DNA of 64,000 nt from Callorhinchus milii. Taxonomy: Eukaryota. The DNA lies in NCBI RefSeq assembly GCF_018977255.1, contig NW_024704742.1:39682001-39746000 (forward strand), given 5' to 3'. The position numbers and the translations under genes were made by a program. A model generated the notes under the pieces. It saw only the letters and a list, made by a program, of their open reading frames with translations. It was not told the origin of the DNA and did no database searches. Positions 38,426 to 51,493 of the stretch are shown here, in pieces. Within the stretch, counting starts at the first letter, position 1, and every line of letters begins with the position of its first letter.

Positions 38426-39171
38426 GATAATAATAATAATCCTTGTATTTGATATAGCACCTAATCACATCATTCAGGTATCTCAAAGTGCTTCACAGAA
38501 TATATTGGAAAGTGGATTGACTATGTATTTTTTGGGTGAAATGCAGCATCCAATGTCCCACAGACAGTTGAGGATTGAGTGACCAACATTTTTTTTACAT
38601 CCTATATCAATGCAAAAAATATTTTTAATAATATTAACTGTGCGTATTAGAGGGTTGCCAATATTTCCAAATGAAAATCGCAATCAGCACATCAATTAGA
38701 GTTTACAAATATCACAAATTTGCCACCTAACAGATATGAGTACAAAATAAATAATCATTGTGAGATGAGGAAACAGCACATATTTTTGCCCACAGATGCA
38801 TGATATAAAATACCAGAAAAAGCAGTTAATGTCACAACAATTAGCTTTTTCATAAAATAGTAGGTTGAACATCTGGAAAAGAGGGAACGTAGACATATCA
38901 ATATTGATGACGCTTAATAGTTTCTCTGCTGCTAATTTGCAAAAAAAATTGAAGATATATGAGAGAAACTGCAAAGGAAATTCAATGTTTATATAATTCA
39001 TAATGCTAACAGCATCCAATTCAATAATTTAGCACTAGATAGAAAAAAGATTGCACTTTATTCTATTAATCCCTAATGTTTTTTCTATATTGTTCATATA
39101 AATAACAGCAATTGTGAATCTCAGAAAAGTATTGGTTGGTTGCTAACTCATAATGAAATATTTCTGCAATT

Positions 39172-39484
39172 TGGAGTCCTGCTGCTCAGTGGTTAGAGCA
39201 CTCGCCTTGTAAGCGAGACACCTGGGTTCAATTCCAGGCAGGGTGAAACCTTGGGCAAGTTTTCTTTCTCCACACGCCTAATAATAATCCCCCCAAAACA
39301 AAAAAATAATAAATTGGTCATTTTAAATCCACGACTGTTTGTGGGACATTGCTGTGTGCAATTGGCTGCCATGTTTCGCCCACAAATATACAGTCAATTC
39401 ACTTTACAGCATATTCCGTGAAGGGCTTTGAGACTTGAAGACGTGAAAAGCACTATATCAAATGCATGGATTATTATTATTATA
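39172..39484 (+). mobile_element. full-length SINE (short form)
   Basis: TGGAGTCCTGCTGCTCAGTGGTTAGAGCACTCG...GGTTCAATTCC...ATCAAATGCATGGATTATTATT. Confidence 0.92.
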
Positions 39485-41414
39485 ATTTTAAAAACGTGCC
39501 CACTATCAGAATCTTGCCCATTAATATTAGTTAAGCACTGTGTTGATTCAGGCCAATGTTCAGTTGAATTAACATGTCCCATTGAAACTGGACAGAATAT
39601 AGCTGTGAAATGAAACCAGTGAGCAGAATCCTTTTGAGTACAAAATATCTGTCTGGCATTCTTTTGTATTTCCCTAGGCATTCTGACTCTGTATAACTCA
39701 AGGTGTACAGCACACCGCAGTTAGAATTCCTTAAATCTCTGTGCAATAAAATGTTTGTCATTTTTTTAAGAGCCTGTAACTGCTAGTCAGGATGCAAAAT
39801 CCTCTCATAAACAATCACACTATAATGATGTTGGTTAAGCAGCCCCAGCATTAAAGATATTTACGACAATAACAACTTGCATTTACATAGCGATCATCAT
39901 GTGAGTAACATCTCAGAGTATTTGACGATTTAACTAGTTTAAAAGGGTTTTTATCATACAGTGGGGAAGGACTTTGGAAATTCCCAAACAGGACCACTCC
40001 TGCCAGGAACCAGAAGTGTGTCACACTGACCCATGCAAACCAATTCACTTCTAGCGTGGTGTGCCTATTGGGATTTTTTAATATTATTATCCTTGCATTT
40101 GATATAGTGTTTTTCACGTCTTCTAGACGTCTCAAAACGCTTCACAGAATATACTGTAAAGTTATATATATATATAAATATACTGTAAAGGGATGTCCTC
40201 CTGACGTGAAATGCGCTATACAAATGTGATTTGTTGTTGGGTCAGAGTGATGCAATCCCAGTCACTGACTGGCAGGAGCTGCAGCTTTTCACTCCTAAGA
40301 CTCCTGTTACAAAATTACATGGAAACCAGTCTCTTAGAACCATCCCTTATTCCCTAGATGGAAACTCCCCTCCCTATTAGGTAGTCTATTGTTGCAATCG
40401 TAGATTTTTCCTCCAGGAAAGTGAAGTAGAAAGAATGGGCGAGGCACTTATCCATGATTTTTATCAGGGAGTGTCTGTGACCTGTGCTCAGACAATGGCA
40501 GTTGCAGTTATAATACAAACAGCTGAGGCTATAATTTTCTCCTTCATCCCAAATTCAGTTTCCTACAACTTCCCACAATGTTCTTGCAGAAACGTGTCTG
40601 ATATTGATAGCAGATAAACAGGTAACTGAAATCCATCACTAACTGGTTAAGAGAAAGGCAAATTCAAGGTCTGTGTTACAAGACTATCTATCCACATGGA
40701 TGAATTTGGAAAGTTTGAGAATTAAAACTGCAACCGTTATTTTATACGTATTTTAATCTTCTAGAAATTATGGGTTTTCATGTGTAAGTGGAATTTTTTC
40801 ATAGATTTTTAAAGAATAAAAAGTATTTATACACAAAGAAACACACAGTTAAACACACACAAAGAAAATCCTCAAGTATATGTTGAAAAGTTCATTTTAT
40901 ATCATGTCTTAATATTTTACAAATAATATAAAATAATCATGATGATAATCATAATTATGTCTGTGTATATTAACTTTGAATTATAAGTGCAATGAATTTA
41001 TATATTTATAAGCCATTTTATATGTTTAAATATGATTAAAAGTACGGTAACATGAAAATAGTGGGTGAATATTTAAAGGATAGTGATAAATGATAGTAAT
41101 TAATATTAATAATTATGGTCACTCAATCCAAGACTGTTTGTGGCACACTGCAGTGCGCAACTGGCTGCCACGTTTCACCCACAGATTATATATTCAATTC
41201 ACTTTAAAGCATATTCTGTGAAGTGCTTTGAGACACTTTAAGACGTGATAAAGCACTATATTAAATGCAAGGATGATTATTATTATTGTTAAATATTCAA
41301 TTTAGCCAGTGTTAGTAGTACAATTATGATTTTTTCTCACTTATTATCAACTACACCACTTCTTGTGGTGCTGTTAAGTATATTTGGAACATTCTTCATC
41401 CATACTAGTTGCAG

Positions 41415-41571
41415 TATTTTAACTTGATTTTGTAAATTTGCTCTATGGATGTGGTGCAAAAGACTGAAGAGAATTGGTTGTTATCTGAAAGAAATCACAC
41501 AATTGATTCAGAAGAACAAGGCCCTTCAAGCTGTTTCAAATCCAACATCCAGGTCACAAGCACACATCCTG
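41415..41571 (+). other. candidate exon with ATG (41445) and a strong donor
   Basis: Donor CTG/GTAAGC at 41571/41572. Open frame MDVVQKTEENWLLSERNHTIDSEEQGPSSCFKSNIQVTSTHP. Weak acceptor; product unrecognised. Confidence 0.2.
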
Positions 41572-42879
41572 GTAAGCCGTTCCAGTTTTTAATTCTTAAT
41601 TATTCTCTGGCTAAATAAATACTGGTTGGTGGTTTGTCCTGAAATTGTCATTTGCAACTGTAAACCTGTGTCCTTTTCTTCTGCTGTTTCAGTGCAACCA
41701 AAACTATTATTCCAAGGTTACATTTTCAAGCCCACTTAAAATCTTAACTACCTTTGTTAGGTCCCCTCTGAGATAACTCTTTTCAAAAATGAAAATCCCA
41801 AGCTTATCTAATTATTGGTCATAGCTCATTCCTCTAATACTGGAGATCACCCCCATTACTATCTTCTGCGCTGCTAATGCAACCTTTTGTCACATTGACC
41901 AGATCTGCATGCAATACTCTTAAATGTAGCCTGACCATAGCACTCTTTGGCTTGAGATTACTTCTGGGAACCTGAACACAACTGATTTGGCAATATAGCC
42001 CTGCATCCTGTTTGTCTTATTATTTCTATCTCGCACTGTTTTGATATGTTGAGCAATGAATCAACTAACACCCCTAGATCTCTTTCAGCTTGTTCCTTAG
42101 TAGATTCTTATCCCATCCTTGTGCTTCCTACATCTCGCTGAGGAAGTCGTTCTCGAGAAATTTGCTTCATACTCAAGATGGTATTTCCTGCTGGGAGGAA
42201 ATTCTGAGTGCCATATTTAGAGCAAATGGTGTATCATGTGGAAAAGCAAACTAGCAACATCACATTCCAGATGTTTAACAGAACCAACTACAGCGCTTCT
42301 GTGGCTGCTCTTGAAATACATGTTGATGCGGAACAAGACTTCTGAATCAGATTTACATTCAGAAAATAATATTTTATTCATTCACTTTCCAGTGAATTAT
42401 CTTCAATCTTGCTTAACGCTTGAGTTCATTTTTAGCGAGGAATATTTTGAAGGACCATCTTCTCTCCCTCATAGATCATTGTTTATCTACTGTAGTTTGT
42501 ATTTTAAGTGAACAAGCAATTGCGAATCCTGCACACATGTGTAATGCGGTGAGAATATTTAAACAATGTCAAGCCGGGACCCCATTGACTCCAGGAAGAA
42601 ATAAACTAATTAGACACAATGGGAATGAACTATATAAGAATGGAAATTAATGTTACAATTTTGTAGAGGAAATGGTAAAAATGATTTAAGATGCATTGCG
42701 GAAACACACAGAGGTACTTGAAGAACAAAGGAGTTTGACAGTCCTGAATATTAATAGGAAAAGTTTGCCATTAGCTCTTCTGAAGGCTCATGTGCCAAAT
42801 ACATTGGCAAATGTGGAGACAAACAGCCCAGAAAATTCCCAGTTTAAATATTAGTTCTGTACTCAGCTTTCAGATTTCA

Positions 42880-43292
42880 GATTAGGGATAGTGGTAAGGC
42901 CACTATAATTGGTCACTTTTCCTCTGGGCTAGTAAGGAGAAAATTAACCGAGTTTTCCCTTTTGCTGATCACTATCCAGTTCTCCTCTTGGAAAGTGCAG
43001 GCATGTGGATGTTGGTTGAGGACAGACTGAAGCACACCTGAAATATCCGTTGATGTTGTGCATGAAGATCATCCTCTTCGACCATGCTTACGATCACCTC
43101 CCCCCTCTCCCCGGCTCGGTATAGTGCTCCACCACTGTCAAATGCTCTGGGATGCTACGCAGTGTAAGGGGTGCTATAGAAATGCAAGTTGTTGTTGTTG
43201 TTGAAGTCACATTGCCCTGCCAACACTCACGCAATGAAGACTAGTTGCTTCAGCGAGGAGCCACCCAATGCCTTCAAAAGAGAAGGGTAGAA
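42880..43292 (+). repeat. unidentified repeat family (CTGATCACTATCCAG...GAGGACAG), split by an L2 tail (about 43065-43203)
   Basis: Shares blocks with 19170-19310 (minus), 49330-49540 plus 50446-50592, and 58190-58355. Confidence 0.6.
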
Positions 43293-45189
43293 AATCAGAA
43301 CGAAAAATAATAAACATAAGAAATGTTTGCTATGTATTTTATTTGATCTTTGGGGACAGAATAACTCATTATTGTAGAAATCCCAGGATCGAAGCACCCA
43401 CGTACACACATTTTCTCTCTGACATTCAATTGTAGTTCCTACTGTTTCTTCTGCACACATTTTCTCATGATTGTTCATTCATTTTCCTCTCCAGTATTAT
43501 ATTTAAGTGCAAATGATAATGTGCTGCCTGTTGGACTGTTTGTAGCAAGCATAATTTTGCATGCTGCATGTGGTGTAAGCATGTTTGAATTAAATCTCGA
43601 GTTCTTGAAAATTGTTGCATCGTTCTGCTAAATAGCTTTGCTAAGTTTACTATTCCCAAATATAGTGACCTTGGCGGAAATGTTTCACTGTAAATTATTA
43701 ACTGTGCTTTCTACCATGTTTGCAATTCATAAAGGAGATCAATTAATGTATATTTTTTAAGTTCAACGTTCTTTTGGGATATCACGCTATCTGAATCAGG
43801 CAATTGTATGACTGAGTTTGAGTTGACTGAGATCTATCTCAGTCCTGAACAATATGTAATGCTTGGCTCGCTTCCTCTTGTCCCAATGCAGTAGTTTTGG
43901 TAAATAACCAGAAGGGAACACATTAGGATGGGGGGTGGGGGGGGGCAGAGCTAGTAATTAGTGGGGCAGGAAAGATTAGTGGAGGCAATAGTCATTTTCA
44001 CCCCACCTGTCAGCTGGGCAATTGTAGAATGAAGGGAGCAGTTGTGGAGACAGCAAGTGCAAATAATTTGGGTTCAAAAGCAAATGCCATCAACTCTAAT
44101 GTTGTTTTCCTAACCAAAGAACTGCTTCCAAAAAGCCAGTTCAGTCTTAGACAGGGAATAGAATGTAACAATGGTTTCCTTCCGTGATGATGGCTCAGAG
44201 CCTAATATTTCTGGCAGGGAAATATCGCTGCATACTGAGTTGAAAATCAGCCAAAATTGAAAATATTTCAGTCCAAGTTTGTACTTTTCAACTCTCACCA
44301 TGTCTCATGTTGTTATGATTCAAATGATGACTGGAAAGGGATTGAAATTCCATGCATTTCTCTATCGCCAAAGTAATTCAAAAGGAACGGAATTTGGGGA
44401 GATTTTTACGACGCATTTCATCTTTTTTTGTATAATAATAGAGAATAATCCCTGCATTTGATAAAGAGCCTTTCACATTGGGACGACATCCCAAAGCGCT
44501 TCACAGGATTTACTGTGAAGTGGAGTGACTGTGATCGTGGTCCATGCTCTTGATTGCACGAGGGCTAGGTGGAGTTCCAGAGGTAATGCAAAATTCCATC
44601 CAGTTACACACATTTGCTTCTCACTCCAGCAATGTATAAATTTAGTTATTAGGTACAGGCTTACGGCACCAAGCAAATCATTAGAGAAGAAAACATATTG
44701 AAGGGTAAACATTCAAGAATTCCTAAATGCTTTTGAGAGTGAATGCATATGCATTTTTGCATCAGCAGAATTTATATCATCTATGATTTCCAAATCCTGC
44801 TGTTTTCAGCATCAGTGTGTATGTGTGGGGGTGGGGGGGATTGGGGGTTCAGTGGTGGGTGGGAGTGGGAGGTGTAAGGATTTGGGCTTTGGGCTTTGGT
44901 GCTCCTTTTCAAATCATTGTACTTTTTCTGTAACTCCAAGCACGTCTCCTTGGCAAGGCAGCCTACATTGAGCCTTTTAATTATTTCCTTCCAAGCCCGC
45001 CTCCCACCTCATGTTTCATTTTTGTTCAATACAATGTCAATATACCCCAGACACATACCTGAGGCCAATAATCACCTTATTGTGCTCATTAAAGGTCATG
45101 TTATGGACGATTCTGGAGTTTCATCTGAGTTACTGCTCTTTTGATATTCAATTCAAACCTTTCCAGAGACTATCATTTACGACAGAATG

Positions 45190-45430
45190 TGGAATCCTGT
45201 GGAGTATTGGTTAGAGCACTTGATTCACAAGTGAAAGGACCCAATTCAATTCCCGGGCAGGGCAAAACATTGGGCAAGTTTTCTTACTCTGCACATACGC
45301 CTCCATTTATTAGCAGTAAGTAGGAACCTGGTTGCCAGTCGATTGACGTATCTCTTAAAAAAAAGCGCTTTGAGACGTCTTGATGACATGATAATGCACA
45401 ATATCAAATGCAATTGCAAGGATTATTATA
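45190..45430 (+). mobile_element. SINE (long form) with internal deletion
   Basis: tRNA head, TTGGGCAAGTTTTCTTACTC, TAGCAGTAAGTAGGAACC, then a jump to the AAGCGCTTTGAGACGTC tail. Confidence 0.8.
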
Positions 45431-47239
45431 GTTCATCAGCATTAACATTCCCAGGTAAAACATTTACTCTGAGGTGACCAGCCTTAAAGCTCTTAATTTC
45501 AAACACAGCTAAATCTTCATGCTTTTGTGGCAAACATATGTGGAACTCTCAGATTGGTTTGTATACTCTTAAGCATGGCGATGGTTTCTGCATGTGTCAC
45601 ACACCCGGTTGACCAAAACATTTCCAATAGAAGGTGGAGTAAAATCCGTGATGAAGTAGGTGTTTTGTGGGTATGTGAGAGAAGATTGTTCTTGCCTCAG
45701 GTTCTTGGTATGTCCCTCCTTTTTCCTGATCTCATTGTCTCTTGGAATCAGCATCCTGTTCTCCAGGTCTCTCCATCTTATTTACTTGGTATTGTTTTTG
45801 CCTCCTGTATGATCCCAATAATTGTTCTGTTCTGTATTCTCTTAACCACCAATCCTCACCTTACAGCTTTCTTACAGTAATTAATTCTCCCTGTGATCAT
45901 TTTTCCAATACACTATTTGACTCATTAATCATATATTTTTAACAGCCTGTTCTGTTTCTGAATCAATAGAGTAAACTTATGGTATAATAAAGGTCCTTGT
46001 GGAGTTGCATATTTAAGTACACTTTTCTGCTGTTCTTTGAACCTTGCAGAGATAGGTTAATGGCAAATCAGCTAATTCAAACTCAGGAGATAAAGATCTC
46101 CTTTCTCTGGTGACAGCTGCTGATAACACACAGAATAAATTAGTTCTCGCAGACTCAGTGCAGTTCCTAGTAGGTATTAGCTTGCAGCCGGAAACTGATC
46201 TAAGTCTGATAGATATTCAGCAGTAGCTCTGAAGGACCCATGCTGAAGGTGTTGGAATGGAAATGTCATACTGCAACATGCGTGTGGATTGCTATGGCGT
46301 TCTGACAGTGTTGTGAGCGTTTTCTGCCAACCCACGCAGCGTCTAATTAAAGAGCACATTATAAAATTACCAACGTGAAAGCTGCTTCACATGATCACAG
46401 ATTTGCATGAATCCCATCAAAATCAGAGATTATTTCTCTATGAAAGGCAATCATTTAGTCCCATTGACATGTTGTTTGTGAGCAACTGAGGGTCTCTTCA
46501 ATGACCTAAAGGAAAATTAATCTTTGCATTTGATCTAGTGCTTTTCATATTGTCGCAATGCGGTCCACTGTATTTAATGAAAGGTGCAGTGCCTGTATCT
46601 TGCAGGCAAAAGTGGCAGCCAATTTGTGCACCTGTGCCCAATTGGCTGCCGGGTTTTGCCCAAATAATATACAGTCCCTCCACTTTACAGTATCTTCTGT
46701 GAAATGCTTTGAGACGTCTCAACGACGTGATATCAATTGAAGGCTTATTGTTATTATTACAACAAATAGTAATGACAACATACTCATAACACAGTTATTT
46801 TATTCTTTAGAAAACAATATAGGGTGAAAAATGCGACGATGATAATTATCACCGATATTTGGAGAAAATTATGGTAAAGTTGATAGCTAACGCCTGGATG
46901 TGGGGATGACACTGTGCTGCAGAAATCAACACAATGGTGATGCCTGAAGTCAACCAAAAGCTGCCAGCATTGGAGGTGCCAACTGCAGAGCTCAATATTT
47001 TAGTGAGAGACAAACTATTATGCTGAAGACAGTGGAGGTGGTGTTGGGGGATTTACTTCCGAAACCAATTGATGATTAAACATTGTTTCCGACTGTTCAT
47101 TCATATTGTTATGTAATGTGACCCAAATAGAGTAGATCAAAAGCGAGTATCTTAACACCGATGAGTAAGGATTTAAAGCAAGAAGAGAAGCCATTGTGGG
47201 TTTTTTATGTCACACTTAACTTGTAGATGGCCACATAAT

Positions 47240-47702
47240 AACAAGTATTTCACATTTATATAGCGCATTTCAAGACTGGAGCTGAACTCAAAGCAATTTT
47301 CAGTACTGATCTGGAGCCTAATCTAGGGTGGGGGAGGTTAGGGTAATAGAAAGTGCAATTGAAAAGATTGGTCATAAGACAGGTTTTGAAGGTGGGGAGA
47401 GAGGGATAAAGGTAGAGGGGATCACAGATGGAGTTCCAGTGAGGAGGGAAATTGCTGAAAACTCAGCCACTGATGGTGGGGCAGTTAGTGCAGAGGATAT
47501 GATTCAGGCCAATGTTGGTGAGTGAAGAGATGGCTAAGGTAGTAGGATCACAGCAGGTCACAGAAGTAGGGTGGGGTGAGACCACAAGGGTTTGAATGTA
47601 AGGACAATGATCTTAAATTAATCTGCTTGGGGATGGGAAACCAGTGGAGCCCAGTTTCAGACCCAGGGGCAGGAGAGGACATGGCTGTAGAGGTTTGAAT
47701 GG
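47240..47702 (-). mobile_element. old L2 LINE fragment
   Basis: CATTTATATAGCGC tail, GGAGTTCCAG, GGGATGGGAAACCAGTGGAG (LHWFP on the minus strand). Confidence 0.65.
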
Positions 47703-49541
47703 TAATAAACTAAAAAGGTAATATTGCCAACATAGATTCTTTGTGCTGCTTCCTCTGAACACAGCATTATAAGTCGCAATATTAAATAAAAGGAGTATTA
47801 TTATAAATATCCAGAAAGGAGTAATCTATAGGGGTTTAAGGAGAGGGCAGATAAAAGGGACTGAAAGGATTGCTTTTTAAAGAGCCAGCACAGACACGAT
47901 GGGCCAAATGATCTTCTTTTGTGCTGTAAATTTCTATGGTTCTAACATTCCCCTCATTCCTAATGCGAGTATGAACATGTACCAGGCAGAAGTGTGTTTT
48001 TTTTAGCATTTGGCAGACTTAACAGCACATGCTGTACATGCCAGCAATGTGTTCTTTCATTCGCATGAGTCTCTGCTCAGCTAAAGTAAGCAATGTTCAG
48101 TGATCGGAAACAAAGTGGTCGAACAAATTAAAAACAACTGTGCACATAATTTCTTTCCATTATCTGACTGTTGTTGAATGCAGCCAGTAGTACAATACAT
48201 TCTGATTCCAGAGCATTCAAACCACCAATGAACATTTCAAAACTGCTTCTTCTGGGTTGTGCAATAGGTTTTCTTGTCTTGTTATGTGCATTCTCCATTC
48301 CGAAGATTGACAATGGTTATTTTCCCAACTTTCCAGCCTCTGTGATCAACAGCTAAAGCAGGTTACTGAGAAAATGGAAGTAGTCAGGACATTGGCTTAA
48401 TGCAGCTAGCCACCCTGTGTTGTTATCAAAAATGGTATACGTCAGCCTGGCATAGAACAGTTGATGAATCTTCACAGATTTGCTTGTGTATAGCACACAC
48501 TGAATCTCCATAACATTTATAAATCACAGTCAATATTTTACTGCAATATATTTTTCATATCCATAAATAAATTCCAGCACCCTTTCTTTTCAACTGTCAT
48601 CTTCTTTACTTTTCATGTGCACAAACAGTAGATTGAGAGTGAAAATGGACTCTATGTACTCTTTCTATTGCACCACATTTTAAATCTCTATGCCTTTATT
48701 ACATATTTATTTTATTAGCTTTCCATACAAAAAGTCACTAAATATTATAGTAATTAATGTAAAGTGCATAAGACATTTCAACTGTATTGGCACTATAAAA
48801 ATGCAGATTCCCTTTTCTATCTTCAACTTTTCTTTCTTTAACTTTCTTTTTTTTTCCTTCTTTCTCTCTTTCTTTTCTCTTTTTTGCCCATGACAGCCAA
48901 TGATGTTGCATCTATAAATAGGAATCTTGCTCAGTTTTAATCAATAGATAACCACCATATAAACAGGCCATACATCAAATCATACATTATACAAGAGCGT
49001 GAAAGAAAATGGTCTGGTTTTAAACCCTGTGCTGAGTTATACAATACAAATGACATTTATATAGCACCTTTCACGTTGGGAGGAATTTTCCAAAGGGCTC
49101 ACAATTCTGCCTGGAGCTAAGGATAGGAGTATCCGAACCAAGCAGTAAGGCGTTAAGAAGGGAAAGATGTAGCCAACAGAGCTGTCAAAGAAGTGTATTT
49201 TGAGGCAAACCTTGAAAGAGGGAGGCAGGGCAATGGCTGAAAGCCTGGTGAGGTGCATAGAGCAGGGAATGTGGAGTAGGCCAGGTTCCTCTGAGCTAAG
49301 GAAACACACAAGTTGATATGGGGGTTTACTAATCTCAGCCAGAGTGGTAGTTGAGATGCTACAATTGGATTCCGTGCTTGTGTTAAGAAACAGGACACTT
49401 CTGCCACTCCTGATCACTATCTAGGGATCTCTGCTGAAAGGCATACGTGTACAGTCATGCGGTGAAGTCTGGATGGGGTTCAGCTTGGACGCCCCTGTAA
49501 TCAAATAGTGGGCAACATTCATTGCCAAGGGTTGCACACAA

Positions 49542-50445
49542 ATAACAACAACAACAAAAATGACATTTGTATGGCGCGTTTCATATCAGGAGGAAGTCCC
49601 AATGTGAAAGGCGCTATACAAATGTCATTTTGGCGCTGGACAGCCTGATTCGGACCCGAGCTGGGGGTTGGGATTGGCGAGGGTGGAGGGCAGGTGGGAA
49701 AACAGGGTGATCGAAAGAACGGTCGAAGAGGAGGGTCTTGAGATGGGTCTTGAAGCAGGCAAGAGAGGGGCAAGGCAGAGGGATCATGGGATGGAGTTCC
49801 AGAGTGTAGGGATAGAGTGGCAGAAGGTAAGTCCACCAATTGTGAGGTGGGCGAGACGGGGGACGTGAAGCAGACCGGAGCCCCCTGAGTGGAGGGAGTG
49901 AACAGGATGGTAGGAGGTTAGGAGGTCTCAGAGGTAGGGGGGAGCAAGACCATGGAGGGCTTTGAAGGTGAGGACCAGTATCTTGAACTGCATCCTCTGT
50001 GTGGTGGGAAGACAGTGGAGACGGGCAAAGATGGGGGTGATAGGGTCACGGAGCCTGGTGCGGGAGAGACACAGGCTGCATAGTTCTGGATGATCTGTAG
50101 CCTATGGAGGGAGGAGTTGGGAGGACCAACAAGCAAGGAGTTTACATAGTCAAGCCTTGATGTTATGAATGCATGCATGAAGGTTTTGTCGATCTGCGGT
50201 GTGAGACAGTGTCGGAGCCGGGCAATGTTGCGGAGGTGGGGGAAGGCAGAGCGGGTCATGGCACAAATGTGGGGTAAAAAGGATAGTTAAGGGTCAAACA
50301 AGATGCCAAGGTTCCGGACTGGCTTAGTAAGGTGGAGTGTATATCTATTGATGGTGATGCTGTCAGTGCCTGAGGTATGGAGGCACTGACAAGAGCCAAT
50401 CAGGTGGCCTCAGTCTTGTTGACGTTCAACTGAAGAAAGTTAGCT
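49542..50445 (-). mobile_element. L2 LINE, about 0.9 kb 3' fragment
   Basis: ORF 49918-50259 has [12 protein letters not shown]...[14 protein letters not shown]...LQIIQNYAA. (AAC)n tail at 49543. Confidence 0.92.
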
Positions 50446-50602
50446 CTTAAGTAATGGCTACATGAGCAAGGTGCTGCCAGGTGCCCAATCGTATTTTGAT
50501 CCATACCCCAGCAGCGGTAGCAGGAGTCAAAATGCCTTCAGGAAAGGAGGAACAAGGAGGAGTAAATTGGAAGAGAAATGCTAGTGGAGAAAAGCAATAC
50601 AC

Positions 50603-50924
50603 AATAATAATAATAATAATCCTTGCATTTGATATAGCGCTTTTCACGTCGGGAGGACGTCCCAAAGCGCTTCACAGTACACACTGTAAAGTGAATTGAC
50701 TGTATATTTGTGGGCGAACGCGGCAGCCAATTGCGCACAGCAATGTCCCACAAACAGTCGTAGATTGAAAATGACCAATTTAATTATTGTTTTGGGTTTT
50801 TGGAGGGATTATTATTAGGCGTGTGGAGTAAGGAAACTTGCCCAAGGTTTCGCCCTGCCTGGAATTGAACTCAGGTCTCTCACTTGCAAAGCGAGTGCTC
50901 TAACCACTGAGCTACAGGACTCCA
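50603..50924 (-). mobile_element. full-length young SINE (short form), CTCCC loop
   Basis: tRNA head with a TTGCAA anticodon-like loop, Deu-like 3' body, L2-type tail and (TTA)n. Confidence 0.95.
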
Positions 50925-51493
50925 CAACAGTTAAGTACAAGCTATCAAAGTGACTAAGCCAAGCAGTGCAACTGAAAAATGCATCAAAACGAATGAACCA
51001 CAAAGTAGAGATTGTGAACAAAGTGTGCAACTTATCCAAATGCATTCGGATACACTGAAGTTTACAGAAGAATTTCTGACATTAATAGTCTTGGCTTCTT
51101 TTTTTGGGGGAAATGAAAATAATGAAATCATTTAGAAATGTTGCATTATTAATTGTATCTGCTCCACTTGGTAAAATATGGTCGTTTTGTACAACTGAAT
51201 AATGGATACAAATAAAATAACTGTACGTCAGCTGTTCTTAATAGTTTACTTCACTTGTGTTCCAAGAAATGATCGGTTACTATTACTAAATGTGACATCC
51301 TGGAAACTGTGTTTCATTTCATGCATATATTATCCACACGTAAAATGCTGTTGCACTATTTTATTCACCTCCTCTTCCCCCCAAGCCTCCATTCACCACT
51401 CCTTTCCTGTGTCCTACTGATGCCTCTCTCCCGCATGAAATCCACCACCTGCTACCTCATCCCCCCCATATGCACACCACTTCTGTCCAAAAT

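Noticed and set aside
43231..43271. Apparently good minus-strand exon (pyrimidine tract, AAG acceptor, GTGAGT donor)
   Set aside because: It lies within the 3' part of the unnamed repeat family seen elsewhere in the window, so the signals are probably repeat-derived. Exonisation cannot be shown from sequence alone.
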